IMG/VR virus record: IMGVR_UViG_3300030397_000885
Span: 1 to 40,082 of that record
DNA from: a virus
Lineage: Duplodnaviria; Caudoviricetes
DNA length: 40,082 nt
Strand: one strand, 5' to 3'
Both the position numbers and the translations under genes were made by a program. Under the pieces are notes generated by a model that saw only the letters and a list, made by a program, of their open reading frames with translations, had not been told where the DNA came from and did not search any database. Shown in pieces: positions 27,784 through 36,511 of the stretch; the stretch's first letter is position 1; each line of letters opens with the position of its first letter.

Positions 27784-27951
27784 TTACTTAAGCACTCCCC
27801 GCTTTCTAAGGTTGGCAGCTTGCTGTGCGGTTATTTTGTCCCTGGGAATAGTGTCGCCGGGGCCATAAGCTACCCCGTCATGCTTCACATTCTCAAGGAC
27901 TTCGTAACCGCCTTTATTTCCCGCAGACTGCGGTTTATTCTGGTTGGCCAT
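27784..27951 (-). CDS. Small head-associated protein
   Basis: YEVLENVKHDGVAYGPGDTI...AANLRKRGVL directly after the capsid gene. Confidence 0.6.
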   Translation of the reverse strand: MANQNKPQSAGNKGGYEVLENVKHDGVAYGPGDTIPRDKITAQQAANLRKRGVLK

Positions 27952-28025
27952 TACAATATCCTTTTTATTTACAGACAAAAATCATTACTGCCCATTTAAA
28001 GGCGACTGAATGAAATCAGCCGCTA

Positions 28026-28988
28026 TTAATTGAGCGCGTCTACGTCAATAATCAGATAGCCGTAAGTATTGCTAATCAGCTTAACCTGATAATCCCGCTG
28101 CACCATAAAGTGTTTCCGTAGTGCATCTTCCCAGGTCATAACCCTCGGGTAACCTAATTTGTTAAAGGTTGCCGTGTGCGGGGTCGTCCCTTCGACCAGT
28201 TCATCCTGTTCCGGAACGTAAAGCAATGCCACGCTGTCGCCCCACAGGTCTGTAAAAGTGCTACCATCGCTGGAATAAACAGACTTACCGATGCGCACAT
28301 TGGGGATTTCCAGAACATTGGCGGCAATTTCCGGCGTTACAACGGCCCGTTGGCTGTATTTGATCTTGTCCAGCAGATCGGAGTGACGTTTAAAAGACGC
28401 CCAGGCATTATAGCCAAAAACGATTGTATTTGGCTCCACACCCATTGCAGACCGAGCCTGGTCTATGCCGACCTGAATGTCCGCGATAGGGGTTGAAGTG
28501 CTACCCTGCCCGCCGCCGGCGACACGCCATTGATCGTTTCCGGACAATGTAACCTTGTGGTTCGCATGGTAATTACCGGCGCCAAAGACGCTATCGGCAA
28601 CAGCCTTTTCTTTCCCCAGTTCGAGGGAATTTTGCACCAACATTACCGCCTTGTTTTCCATGTCGAGTACTGCACCAGCGCTAATGGCCCGGGCTTCTTC
28701 GATCTCACGATGATCCAGCATCGTACTCAGCGCATGTTCATCAGTAACGTAGGAATCTTTACTGAGTGCAAATTCTACCCGCTTCGGGTCCGCCCGCAGT
28801 GCGCGTTCGGTGTTGTAGACGCGAAAGCCCTCTTTGCCAAAAGAAAGGATCGTGCCTTTTGTCGTAGTAACCGACACTGACGGAGCCACCAGACCACCAA
28901 TCAAGTTTCGCTGAGGCTTGAAGCCAATGGCGAAATTGGTTAAAACCGGATCCACCTGCGCCCGTATTTCAGAAAGTCTTTCAGGCAT
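28026..28988 (-). CDS. Major capsid protein
   Basis: 320 aa; VDPVLTNFAIGF N-terminus, PNTIVFG, IKYSQ and GYLI motifs; syntenic position. Confidence 0.88.
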   Translation of the reverse strand: MPERLSEIRAQVDPVLTNFAIGFKPQRNLIGGLVAPSVSVTTTKGTILSFGKEGFRVYNTERALRADPKRVEFALSKDSYVTDEHALSTMLDHREIEEARAISAGAVLDMENKAVMLVQNSLELGKEKAVADSVFGAGNYHANHKVTLSGNDQWRVAGGGQGSTSTPIADIQVGIDQARSAMGVEPNTIVFGYNAWASFKRHSDLLDKIKYSQRAVVTPEIAANVLEIPNVRIGKSVYSSDGSTFTDLWGDSVALLYVPEQDELVEGTTPHTATFNKLGYPRVMTWEDALRKHFMVQRDYQVKLISNTYGYLIIDVDALN

Positions 28989-29050
28989 TTTTATCTACCT
29001 CCATGTAGATTTTTAAAATGAATTATTTACAGGGTTAACGAAACCGGTTT

Positions 29051-29410
29051 TTAGAGCGGTTTCAGTTCCACGGTAATAAAATCACCGTCGGCGCTGGCTG
29101 CATCGATGGCCCGGCCGCAAATTTTCATTACATCCGCAACCGCAGAAACCGTCAAAGAGACCGCTTTGCCATCGGCATCGCTGGAAACAAACGCACCGGC
29201 ACTAATGGCGCCACCGGCTTCCACTTTTACCCGGCCAATGGATTCCACCGTCACCGGTTTACCGCTGTCCTGGTCGAACAGGGCAACACCGCTGCAAGGG
29301 ATGTCCACGGTATGTTTGCCGTCCCAGGTCACAAACCGCTGCTTGGTAATCGCTTCCGTAGCGACAATGGTCAGTGGCATAACGCCTAAAGTTTGATATT
29401 CTTGTGCCAT
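29051..29410 (-). CDS. Capsid decoration/cement protein (DUF2190-like)
   Basis: GVAL...G...VEAGGAISAGAFVSSDADGKAV...GRAIDAASADGDFI. Confidence 0.75.
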   Translation of the reverse strand: MAQEYQTLGVMPLTIVATEAITKQRFVTWDGKHTVDIPCSGVALFDQDSGKPVTVESIGRVKVEAGGAISAGAFVSSDADGKAVSLTVSAVADVMKICGRAIDAASADGDFITVELKPL

Positions 29411-29466
29411 TTTCTACATCCTTGTTAAATGGTTATGATTTAAAATGTCTTAACAAATTTCAGCCG

Positions 29467-29973
29467 TTAAGCGACAACCAGTTTAATCGCTTCGTTATAA
29501 GTAAGCTTTGGGTTTTCCTTCATTTTACCCAGGGCGGCTTCATGCAACTCGGCACGCTCAGTGTCTTCCGAAAAGGCCTTCTGGTTCGGGTTGCCTTTAT
29601 CCTTCGGCGTATCGGCTTTTTCATCGAACGGCACAAGCAGCTTGTCATCTTTAGCAGCTGCTACCAGCGTTTCCACTAATTTTTTGGCGGCGGCCAGCTG
29701 GTTGGTTTTACCATCGGAAAATTGGTGATCGGTTTCAGCATCCAGGCATTCCAGGAACTGCTGCAAGGATTCATCTACCAGCGCCGGGGCGATGCCATCC
29801 TTTTTTAACGCATCACAAAAGGCCTGAATATCTTCCTTGCGTTGCTTTTCGCGGAATTGGGCCATTCGGTCATCTGCGGCAGTTGCTCTTCTTGCCGCTT
29901 CTTCCGGGGTCATCCCATGCGTTGCCTGGAACTGGGCAGTGTATGCCGCCTGATCAAATTGAACTTCGGACAT
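29467..29973 (-). CDS. Internally initiated scaffold protein
   Basis: In-frame ATG (MSEVQ) preceded by TAAGGAG-N6. Confidence 0.65.
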   Translation of the reverse strand: MSEVQFDQAAYTAQFQATHGMTPEEAARRATAADDRMAQFREKQRKEDIQAFCDALKKDGIAPALVDESLQQFLECLDAETDHQFSDGKTNQLAAAKKLVETLVAAAKDDKLLVPFDEKADTPKDKGNPNQKAFSEDTERAELHEAALGKMKENPKLTYNEAIKLVVA

Positions 29974-30654
29974 CTTGTTCTCCTTAAATTTATTTGCTGC
30001 GTCACTTAAAAGATTGGTGCCATCATTCAGCACCGCTTTTATATTTTCACTTTTATCAGCATCGGCATCATCGCCGCGCAAAATTTTTTCGATGTTTTCC
30101 ATCATCCGCCAGAATATTTCCCGGATCCCGGAGAGCTTTTTGTCGGCATCTATTTGCAACTCCAGATTAACGCCGTCAAAATGCAGCCAGGTTTTCCCAT
30201 CTTCCGGGGAAACCGTCTCGGAGAAAACCTCCATCACGGGCAATTTATGATAGGGAGATGTGCCGCCCAGCAGGGCAAGTGCGGAAAAGCGATGATCTTG
30301 GGGATTTACAAACTCAACAGAACGGTGGGGATATTCTTTTTTTCGCAGGCTTTCAAATGTTTCCGGATGGATATTGGTAATATCAGCAATCATCACATCG
30401 CCATTCAGCCGGATATTTTCCAGAAATCCCCTGCTGGGTTTTTCTTCGCCGCCCGGCTGGTTATGCCCGATAATTACAGATGGGCGGTAACCATTCTCCT
30501 GGAGATCGGCATGATTAGCAACCGTAGCTTTGCCCCAATCATCGGAGTAATTAAAGCCTTTGTGCTTCCCCAGGCGAAAAATTTCCACGCCCTGTATATT
30601 GTAGGTGCTGTCATCGTTCTGAGTGGTTGGATATTCCTTAAAAGCTTTCATCAC
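29467..30654 (-). CDS. Prohead protease-scaffold protein (Mu gpI-like)
   Basis: VEIFRLG, VIIGH, YPHRSVE and ALALLG motifs; helical C-terminus. Confidence 0.8.
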   Translation of the reverse strand: MMKAFKEYPTTQNDDSTYNIQGVEIFRLGKHKGFNYSDDWGKATVANHADLQENGYRPSVIIGHNQPGGEEKPSRGFLENIRLNGDVMIADITNIHPETFESLRKKEYPHRSVEFVNPQDHRFSALALLGGTSPYHKLPVMEVFSETVSPEDGKTWLHFDGVNLELQIDADKKLSGIREIFWRMMENIEKILRGDDADADKSENIKAVLNDGTNLLSDAANKFKENKMSEVQFDQAAYTAQFQATHGMTPEEAARRATAADDRMAQFREKQRKEDIQAFCDALKKDGIAPALVDESLQQFLECLDAETDHQFSDGKTNQLAAAKKLVETLVAAAKDDKLLVPFDEKADTPKDKGNPNQKAFSEDTERAELHEAALGKMKENPKLTYNEAIKLVVA

Positions 30655-30746
30655 TACATCCTTGTAGTAAAAAACTTTCCTGCGGATATGGCGCCGCAGG
30701 AAAGTAGGGAGTTGGAACTGCGGTAAATAGGATCACTTTCGTCTAT

Positions 30747-30795
30747 AAAATAGAATCAATTTTTAGCCATGTCAATATTTTTTATTGACTTGGCA
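30747..30795 (-). promoter_or_regulatory. Late-type promoter with bipartite operator (protease/capsid operon)
   Basis: TGCCAAGTC-N12-TGACATGGC; TTGACA-17-TATTTT. Confidence 0.7.
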
Positions 30796-30798
30796 TTT

Positions 30799-31098
30799 CT
30801 ATATCAGCACCGTGGCCGCGGCGATCATCGCGCCGAGAACATCCCCAAAGGCATCCAGGAAGAAATGCTGCCGCGGGGAAAGGAGCTCCGCTATGCCATA
30901 ACCGGATTGCCGCCAGCCCCGGATGGTATTGTAGAGAAACTCTACCACCTCCCAGCCAACTGCGGCGATAAAGACATTTAAAAAGCCGTCCGGTCCTTCG
31001 GCGCCCAGCCAGAGAGAAAATTTTGCCAGAACAGCGCCGCCCAGGATGTGCAACCATAGCCAGACGTTGCGCAAAAATGCATATTGAATAAAAGCCAT
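30799..31098 (-). CDS. Small membrane protein
   Basis: Start MAFIQ (SD AAAGGA); 3 hydrophobic segments with H..GG, WEVVE and D...D motifs. Confidence 0.65.
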   Translation of the reverse strand: MAFIQYAFLRNVWLWLHILGGAVLAKFSLWLGAEGPDGFLNVFIAAVGWEVVEFLYNTIRGWRQSGYGIAELLSPRQHFFLDAFGDVLGAMIAAATVLI

Positions 31099-31132
31099 CA
31101 GGAATCCTTTCCTTAAGTTTAATCCTGGCAGT

Positions 31133-31181
31133 ATGATAGGAAATGTTTTTTGACAAGGCAATAAAAAATCCCGACATGGCA
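31133..31181 (-). promoter_or_regulatory. Late-type promoter with bipartite operator
   Basis: TGCCATGTC-N12-TGCCTTGTC; TTGCCT-17-TATCAT. Confidence 0.65.
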
Positions 31182-31221
31182 ACCATATCGGGATTGGGGG
31201 AGGGAATGGAGAAAGTGTTTG

Positions 31222-31602
31222 TTATTTTTCTCTTAAGGCCTTCGCTTTCTCAAAGATTGGCAATATTTCATTTTCAATTTTTTGAAACTCATCTTCGGGC
31301 AAAGAATCCAACCAATGCAAATTCCCAATCGTTTCCCTTAAGTTTACAATCTGAGAATGAATTGAATCAGGGTCGATGTAACGCCCTGCATTTTTGGGGG
31401 AAAAATGTTCCAAAGCTTCATTAACCCAAAAAGCATGTAACTGCCTGGGAGAATAGTTTTTTAGTCTCACCATATCCCTTTCTCCCAGGCTTTCCAAATC
31501 CTCGGCCATATCGGCCAATGGCACATCATTCATATCTGGGAAAACGGTGTGAGCAATATTGAACATAAACTGATACAATGTCAAACGATCTAAGTTTTTC
31601 AC
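31222..31602 (-). CDS. Hypothetical protein, second gene of cassette 3
   Basis: GTG start with SD AAGGAG. Confidence 0.7.
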   Translation of the reverse strand: MKNLDRLTLYQFMFNIAHTVFPDMNDVPLADMAEDLESLGERDMVRLKNYSPRQLHAFWVNEALEHFSPKNAGRYIDPDSIHSQIVNLRETIGNLHWLDSLPEDEFQKIENEILPIFEKAKALREK

Positions 31603-31613
31603 AGTCTTCTCCT

Positions 31614-31916
31614 TTATGACTTCCGGTTAAAGTTTGGAATTTTCTCCCGCAGATCGTCAATATTCTGCGCGGGCGGCGGGGTAATATCTTCCAGGAAATT
31701 TTGGGTTTCCGTAATCAAATTACTTAAATCTTTGGTGGCCCACCAGAGTGCATCAAAATCTTCTTGTTTTATCTCGCCGCCGGCTTCGTTGTAGTGGGTC
31801 ATTAAGCAGACCAGCTGCGAAACAACCACACTGCGGTGGGTGAGCTTTTCGTGGAGCGTTTCCACGTATTTCTTTTCGATGATGCTTTTCCGGGGTGATG
31901 GGTTAATTGCAGGCAT
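31614..31916 (-). CDS. Small orphan protein of antisense cassette 3
   Basis: SD AGGAGG lies inside the antisense target; helical; at most remote similarity to the other two cassette ORFs. Confidence 0.8.
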   Translation of the reverse strand: MPAINPSPRKSIIEKKYVETLHEKLTHRSVVVSQLVCLMTHYNEAGGEIKQEDFDALWWATKDLSNLITETQNFLEDITPPPAQNIDDLREKIPNFNRKS

Positions 31917-31949
31917 AGTGCCCTCCTATTGGTTTTTTCATAAATAAGT

Positions 31950-32012
31950 TGCCAGGTGCTGAAAACGCCCAATAGGAACGCCCCGCGCCTTACGGAAACG
32001 GGACACCTGGCA
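31950..32012 (-). ncRNA. C4/CI-like antisense RNA, minimal copy 3
   Basis: Stems TGCCAGGTG/CACCTGGCA and CCCG/CGGG, hairpin CC-GTAA-GG. Boxes TTCCTATTGGG and TTTCA are complementary to TGAAA...CCAATAG upstream and at the SD. Confidence 0.75.
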
Positions 32013-32038
32013 TTTTTATAGTCGTATCCGCTATAAAC

Positions 32039-32117
32039 AAAAATGCCGCATTACGGTGCGGGGCCGCTATTGGGTTCTTTCATTTGTAATATATCAAACA
32101 CTTTGATACTGTCAAAG
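32039..32117 (-). promoter_or_regulatory. Cassette 3 promoter, operator, upstream target and attenuator
   Basis: TTGACA-16-TATATT; CTTTGA-N5-TCAAAG at 32101-32117; CCGCA/TGCGG hairpin with T-run. Confidence 0.7.
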
Positions 32118-32123
32118 TGAAAT

Positions 32124-32735
32124 TTATATGGATTCAGTAAATATAGCCGCAACAACCCATTTTTTATTGTAATTGGTCAGGCATATTTGCACTTTCTTGA
32201 TGCCATAAACAGTCTCTACCCTGTAGTAATACCTGCGAAAAGGGGCTATTTCATAATATTCAATCCTTTCTAATTCTTCATTATGTCTAAAACCAGGTTT
32301 GCCTTTGTAAGCTGTTAGATTAAAATCGAGATATTCTTCATAAGTATCCCAGGCACCCGAAAAAGTTGATTTGTAGTAGGGTTCGCTTATATCATGCATC
32401 CTCCATGATTCATTATCTTCACTTGTAGTTTCTAAATGTTCGTAGGATTTTATTCCTTTGGGTAGATTGAAGTATAAGGGTAAAAGAGCTTGTTTTTCAT
32501 CATGGCTCAGCCCCTTGCTTCTTTTGGCCATCAATCCTTCAATTAGGAGAAAAGTATTAAGTCTCTTGTCAATAATAATTCCGCCTATAACAGCGACATC
32601 CCCATTCTTCAAATCTTCCATGATAGAATCTGCCAAGTAATCGGTTGAAATTGCAAAGTAATAAAAAGCATATCCAGCCAAGATGACAATTGCAGGAATA
32701 GCGATAATGGCGGAATATTTTTTAAGATTATCCAT
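32124..32735 (-). CDS. Membrane-anchored hypothetical protein
   Basis: N-terminal TM helix; AT-rich; SD AAGGAG. Confidence 0.7.
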   Translation of the reverse strand: MDNLKKYSAIIAIPAIVILAGYAFYYFAISTDYLADSIMEDLKNGDVAVIGGIIIDKRLNTFLLIEGLMAKRSKGLSHDEKQALLPLYFNLPKGIKSYEHLETTSEDNESWRMHDISEPYYKSTFSGAWDTYEEYLDFNLTAYKGKPGFRHNEELERIEYYEIAPFRRYYYRVETVYGIKKVQICLTNYNKKWVVAAIFTESI

Positions 32736-32831
32736 AGCACACTCCTTACAGTTTAATGTAAAGCGACTTACTTGTCACGGTTGTTCGTATAATATACAGG
32801 AAGGATATATTGCAAAAATACCACTTTAAAT

Positions 32832-33374
32832 TTAAACCAGAGAGAGTCTTTCCGGGGGAATGATATGCCGCATTTTATGCTCCGGCACATAGGAGAGGGT
32901 AATTACATAGCCTTTCAATTTCCCCAGGAACATTAAAATCAGTGCGATCGGTACCAGATAAATAGCCCAGGCGCCGTGGTTCGCCAACAATATTTTTGTG
33001 GAGATCAGGGCAAACTCCTGCTGAATTTCCCAGACTTCCCCCAGCTGGGCCTGGCGGAGCATCTTTTCTTTTTTCTCGATTTGCCTGCTGATCTGCTTGT
33101 CCTTTTTGGCTTCATTCACCCCTTTAAACAACAAACCCAGGTCAATTTTGTGCAGAAAGGCAATCGCGTTTGTAACCGAGCGGTGCAAATATTCGAAGGC
33201 GTCATCTTTAAACATCTCCGGCGCTTCGTATTTAAGCAAGCGAATACGGTCCCTTAACTCAAACAATTGAAACCGCAGCGATAAGCGCAAAGAAGGCAGA
33301 ATGATGGCCTCGTAAACGAAATGCCAGATACTGCCAACAATCAGGATGGTTATTAAAATTGTCATCTTATTCAC
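32832..33374 (-). CDS. Two-TM hypothetical membrane protein
   Basis: Hydrophobic N- and C-terminal segments; overlaps the upstream gene. Confidence 0.7.
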   Translation of the reverse strand: MNKMTILITILIVGSIWHFVYEAIILPSLRLSLRFQLFELRDRIRLLKYEAPEMFKDDAFEYLHRSVTNAIAFLHKIDLGLLFKGVNEAKKDKQISRQIEKKEKMLRQAQLGEVWEIQQEFALISTKILLANHGAWAIYLVPIALILMFLGKLKGYVITLSYVPEHKMRHIIPPERLSLV

Positions 33375-33744
33375 TCGTTTCTAACTTTTTACCCAATGCA
33401 ATTTCCTGCCATTTGGTTTTTTCCCGGCCCATCCGGGCCATTTCCCGGTTGATTTTCCGGCGCTGCCACTTGGCATGAACAAACCAGCTAAGTGCCGTTA
33501 TTCCAAACAGCACATATCCAATTATACCGTTATTCGCCAAATCGGTTGCATAAGTAAATACCAGCCTGGAAACATCTTCCCCGGGCATTTTGTAAAGAAC
33601 CGCTAATGTAATCAAGGCCAACAATGCCAACGGAAATTGGCCCTTATTCATCGAAGCAATCAGAACATCCCGCACACTTTGGGCAATACCGACCTTTTGA
33701 GGGCGCTGATTGCGATTACCGCTTTTCTTTGCCATGTCTCCCAA
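33367..33744 (-). CDS. Two-TM hypothetical membrane protein
   Basis: Two hydrophobic helices and a basic C-terminal tail. Confidence 0.7.
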   Translation of the reverse strand: MGDMAKKSGNRNQRPQKVGIAQSVRDVLIASMNKGQFPLALLALITLAVLYKMPGEDVSRLVFTYATDLANNGIIGYVLFGITALSWFVHAKWQRRKINREMARMGREKTKWQEIALGKKLETSE

Positions 33745-33844
33745 CTACCGTATATAATTAACAGAATGAACTAAACCCATCCCCACAGATAGCCCCGGTT
33801 TCATTTCTGAATCGGCGTCAAATATTGTCAATTGAGTATGTGTA

Positions 33845-33874
33845 AATATATCATCTTCTTTGATGATGTCAAAG
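33845..33874 (-). promoter_or_regulatory. Promoter with CTTTGA-N5-TCAAAG operator for the membrane-protein pair
   Basis: CTTTGACAtcATCAAAGaagaTGATATATT, nearly identical in layout to the cassette 3 promoter. Confidence 0.65.
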
Positions 33875-34156
33875 CATTTTTCTTGACAATGGTATTCGAA
33901 GGAGTTTGGCCAGTTTTGCATCAAGCCTTTCCATCCAAGCATTGCTGTAAGATCGAGCTACTTTTTGACCGCGGCCTTTGATCTTTTGCAGTAGACCTTC
34001 CATTTTTATCAGAATAAGTCGATCTTCCTGGCTAATTTCCGAAGTGAGTCGATGCCGCCCTAATTCAGCAATCGACTCTGCCGAACAACCAACATAATGA
34101 GCGATAGCAATGTTCGAGATATTTCTGCGGCGTAATTCATTAAAAACATCCTTCAT
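33869..34156 (-). CDS. Small HTH-like protein
   Basis: ELRRRNISNIAIAHYVGCSAESIAEL. Confidence 0.55.
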   Translation of the reverse strand: MKDVFNELRRRNISNIAIAHYVGCSAESIAELGRHRLTSEISQEDRLILIKMEGLLQKIKGRGQKVARSYSNAWMERLDAKLAKLLRIPLSRKML

Positions 34157-34174
34157 CCTGAATCCTTTCAGTTA

Positions 34175-34894
34175 TTAATTCACAAACTCAAACCCGCGCC
34201 CTTTCAGGGTCGGGTAGCGGCTTTTCGGCCAGGGCTTCAAGCCTTCGTCTTTATGCACCAGGGTGCGAGTACAGCGGCAGCCGTGCGAAAGTGGCACGCG
34301 CAGGCGTTTCCAGATTGGATCTTTGCGAGGGGCAGTAAACCCATCGATGGCGGCATGTGCCCCACGCACCCGCTCATCGCCCACCGTTAGGAACTGCATT
34401 AAAGGGAATTCATCTTCATCGGTCTGTGCAAAGATGGCATCCTTACCGGCTGCCAGGCTTTCCTGAATGGCGTTCTGCAGCACCAGCTCGTAGTAATGAG
34501 GGTTTTCCGGCGCGATGCCTTCCCGCACGAAAAAGCCGAACAGCGCCGAGATAAAAGCCTCCGGCTCAAACTCCCCGGCCAACTGAGCAGAAACAAATGA
34601 CTTGATCTGTGCCAGCAAGTGTTTGCGGGCATCCGACGCGAGCGTAAATGACTTGCGCCGGATGTCCGCGGCCAGCGCCGCAAATTCCTTTTTGCTGATA
34701 ACGTCCTTGTTAAGGAAAAACTCAATGGCCTCATCATAGGCTGAGGGGATCCCCAAATCTTCCGCAAAATATTGTGCCCTTTTTCGATGAATGCTCCGTT
34801 GCGCCAGGTAGCGGCCCGATAAATGGCTCAGTATCGACGATCTTGCCATGGCATCGCTAAACAGCGTCATGTCAGGGACGATCTCTTGCGACAA
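34175..34894 (-). CDS. Head morphogenesis protein (Mu gpF / SPP1 gp7-like)
   Basis: FLTVGDERVRGAH...DG...DPIW...P..HGCRCT. Confidence 0.85.
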   Translation of the reverse strand: MSQEIVPDMTLFSDAMARSSILSHLSGRYLAQRSIHRKRAQYFAEDLGIPSAYDEAIEFFLNKDVISKKEFAALAADIRRKSFTLASDARKHLLAQIKSFVSAQLAGEFEPEAFISALFGFFVREGIAPENPHYYELVLQNAIQESLAAGKDAIFAQTDEDEFPLMQFLTVGDERVRGAHAAIDGFTAPRKDPIWKRLRVPLSHGCRCTRTLVHKDEGLKPWPKSRYPTLKGRGFEFVN

Positions 34895-34899
34895 CCGCC

Positions 34900-36351
34900 T
34901 TAACGTTCGTTTAGCAGGCTTTTTTTTTTAACTCCCTGCCTTATTTTTTCCATGCCGGCAGCGGAAAGGCGTTTAAACTCGCGAAGATGGCGCATTTTAA
35001 GCAGTTCCACCTCAAGCACTTCATCCTGGGCTTCCGACGGCAGCTCTGCGAATGCCGCCAGCATATCCTCGCCAAAATTTTTGCCGGATGCCCGGTTATC
35101 CAAACCGGCAATTCCGCCGGCGCCTCCCTGCGCCGCCGTTAATACCGGCTCGCCGTCCCTGGCTTGCGGAATTCCGGTTAGTTCATGGATATAGGAAATT
35201 GGTATCCTCATCCCGCTATCGGCGAGAATGCCCAACGACTGGGCAAAGCTGATCAAGGCGGAAATGCTCATTCCGGACCATTTAAATCGGGGGTAGTGAT
35301 CTGTAACGTAGTTGAAATCCACCAGGCGTTTGATGATCTGCTCATTTATCGCCGCCTGGGTCATTATTGAATCGAAAATGGTATAGCTTTCCAGAACATC
35401 GGAGTGGGTGCTGCTCATGGCGTAGCTGCCCTGGCCGCGTTTGCCTTCCTCGCTAATCAAAGTAGCGCCCAGAACCAGCTTGCTAATCTCCTTGTTGCAA
35501 CGCTCAATAAAATTGTCATAGGTGATATCCCCGCGGCGGAGTGCTTCCAGAAAAGCAACTTTAAACCCCTCAGGCACAACAATGCCGGCGCGGGTTTGTA
35601 TATCCGAGATTAACTGTTCGGCTTTTTCCTGATCTTCTTTTTTCGCATTGCGGGGAATTTCCACTTCTGTTAGCGGCATTCCAAAGCGCTCATTAAAGAT
35701 GGCCCAGAACTTTGCCTGGTTCTTTTTCAGCCAGACCCAAAAGGCGCATTTAGCACTGAGGGAATCGCCGTAAGGATTCTCATCATCCAGGCCGTTAATG
35801 ATGTGCACAAATTTAGAAAGGGGCAGGGCTATGCCGTTGGGGTTGGGATCGATCTGGCGTAATCCATAGTAGCCATGCGCGCCATATTTGAAGGAAAAGT
35901 ATTTGGCAGGTTTAAAGCGGATGCTCCGCAATCCCACTTTCCCGGCCAATGCGCCACGGGTTTCAGGCTTATAAACAATCTCGGAGATGGAAAACCCTTT
36001 CCCCAGGGCATCGAGGAAGCCCTCCACATCTTTCTCGAAAGCGCCGGTCATATTCTCAATCGCCCATTTCACGCTATCGGCAATTTGCTGATTGCGGGCA
36101 GTTACTTTACCATTTGGGGAAACATGCGGCTCAATCTTCCAGCCTTTTTCAATCAGCTTCTGCCGGCGGGTGGCCAGAACACTGGCAAGATGGGTGTCTC
36201 TTTCAATCTCTTCAATATACGCCATGCCCTTAGTGGCCAGCAGCCGGTCCGGATTCTCGCCGGATAGACCATACTTGAAGGTAATATCGCGACCGGCGGC
36301 GGTAAGCTCGCCCTGGCGCGGCTTTGCGGGTTGTCTGTTATTTCTTGCCAT
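34900..36351 (-). CDS. Portal protein (Mu gp29 / DUF935-like)
   Basis: D.HL...L.TR, LDALGKGFSISEI, WAIFNERFGMP, EISKLVLGATL and LVDFNY motifs; start probably MARN. Confidence 0.88.
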   Translation of the reverse strand: MARNNRQPAKPRQGELTAAGRDITFKYGLSGENPDRLLATKGMAYIEEIERDTHLASVLATRRQKLIEKGWKIEPHVSPNGKVTARNQQIADSVKWAIENMTGAFEKDVEGFLDALGKGFSISEIVYKPETRGALAGKVGLRSIRFKPAKYFSFKYGAHGYYGLRQIDPNPNGIALPLSKFVHIINGLDDENPYGDSLSAKCAFWVWLKKNQAKFWAIFNERFGMPLTEVEIPRNAKKEDQEKAEQLISDIQTRAGIVVPEGFKVAFLEALRRGDITYDNFIERCNKEISKLVLGATLISEEGKRGQGSYAMSSTHSDVLESYTIFDSIMTQAAINEQIIKRLVDFNYVTDHYPRFKWSGMSISALISFAQSLGILADSGMRIPISYIHELTGIPQARDGEPVLTAAQGGAGGIAGLDNRASGKNFGEDMLAAFAELPSEAQDEVLEVELLKMRHLREFKRLSAAGMEKIRQGVKKKSLLNER

Positions 36352-36511
36352 CCCTGGAAATTCCTTTTCCTGCCACCGTAGTATTGACATTTTGCATATC
36401 TAATTCCTTCTGCAAGCGGTGGTTTTCCTCAATTAATTTTCTCTGATTTTCCCGCATGGCATTAATATGGCGTAATAACACTTTAGCGAAATCGTCATTA
36501 TTCTCGATCAT
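36338..36511 (-). CDS. Unannotated 57-aa coiled-coil protein
   Basis: ATGA-coupled to 36508..36762; MIENNDDFAKVLLRHINAMRENQRKLIEENHRLQKEL... Confidence 0.55.
   Translation of the reverse strand: MIENNDDFAKVLLRHINAMRENQRKLIEENHRLQKELDMQNVNTTVAGKGISRDGKK

Noticed and set aside
33730-33738. TGCCATGTC matching the late-promoter box
   Set aside because: Explained by GAC-ATG-GCA codons, with no partner box at 21 bp.
33745-33942. 65-aa minus-strand ORF
   Set aside because: It overlaps the HTH-like gene and a predicted promoter/operator, and has no clear SD.
26248-36351. Transposable Mu-like phage
   Set aside because: Head genes are Mu-like, but there is no transposase or MuB. Integration is by tyrosine integrase and replication by primase-helicase.
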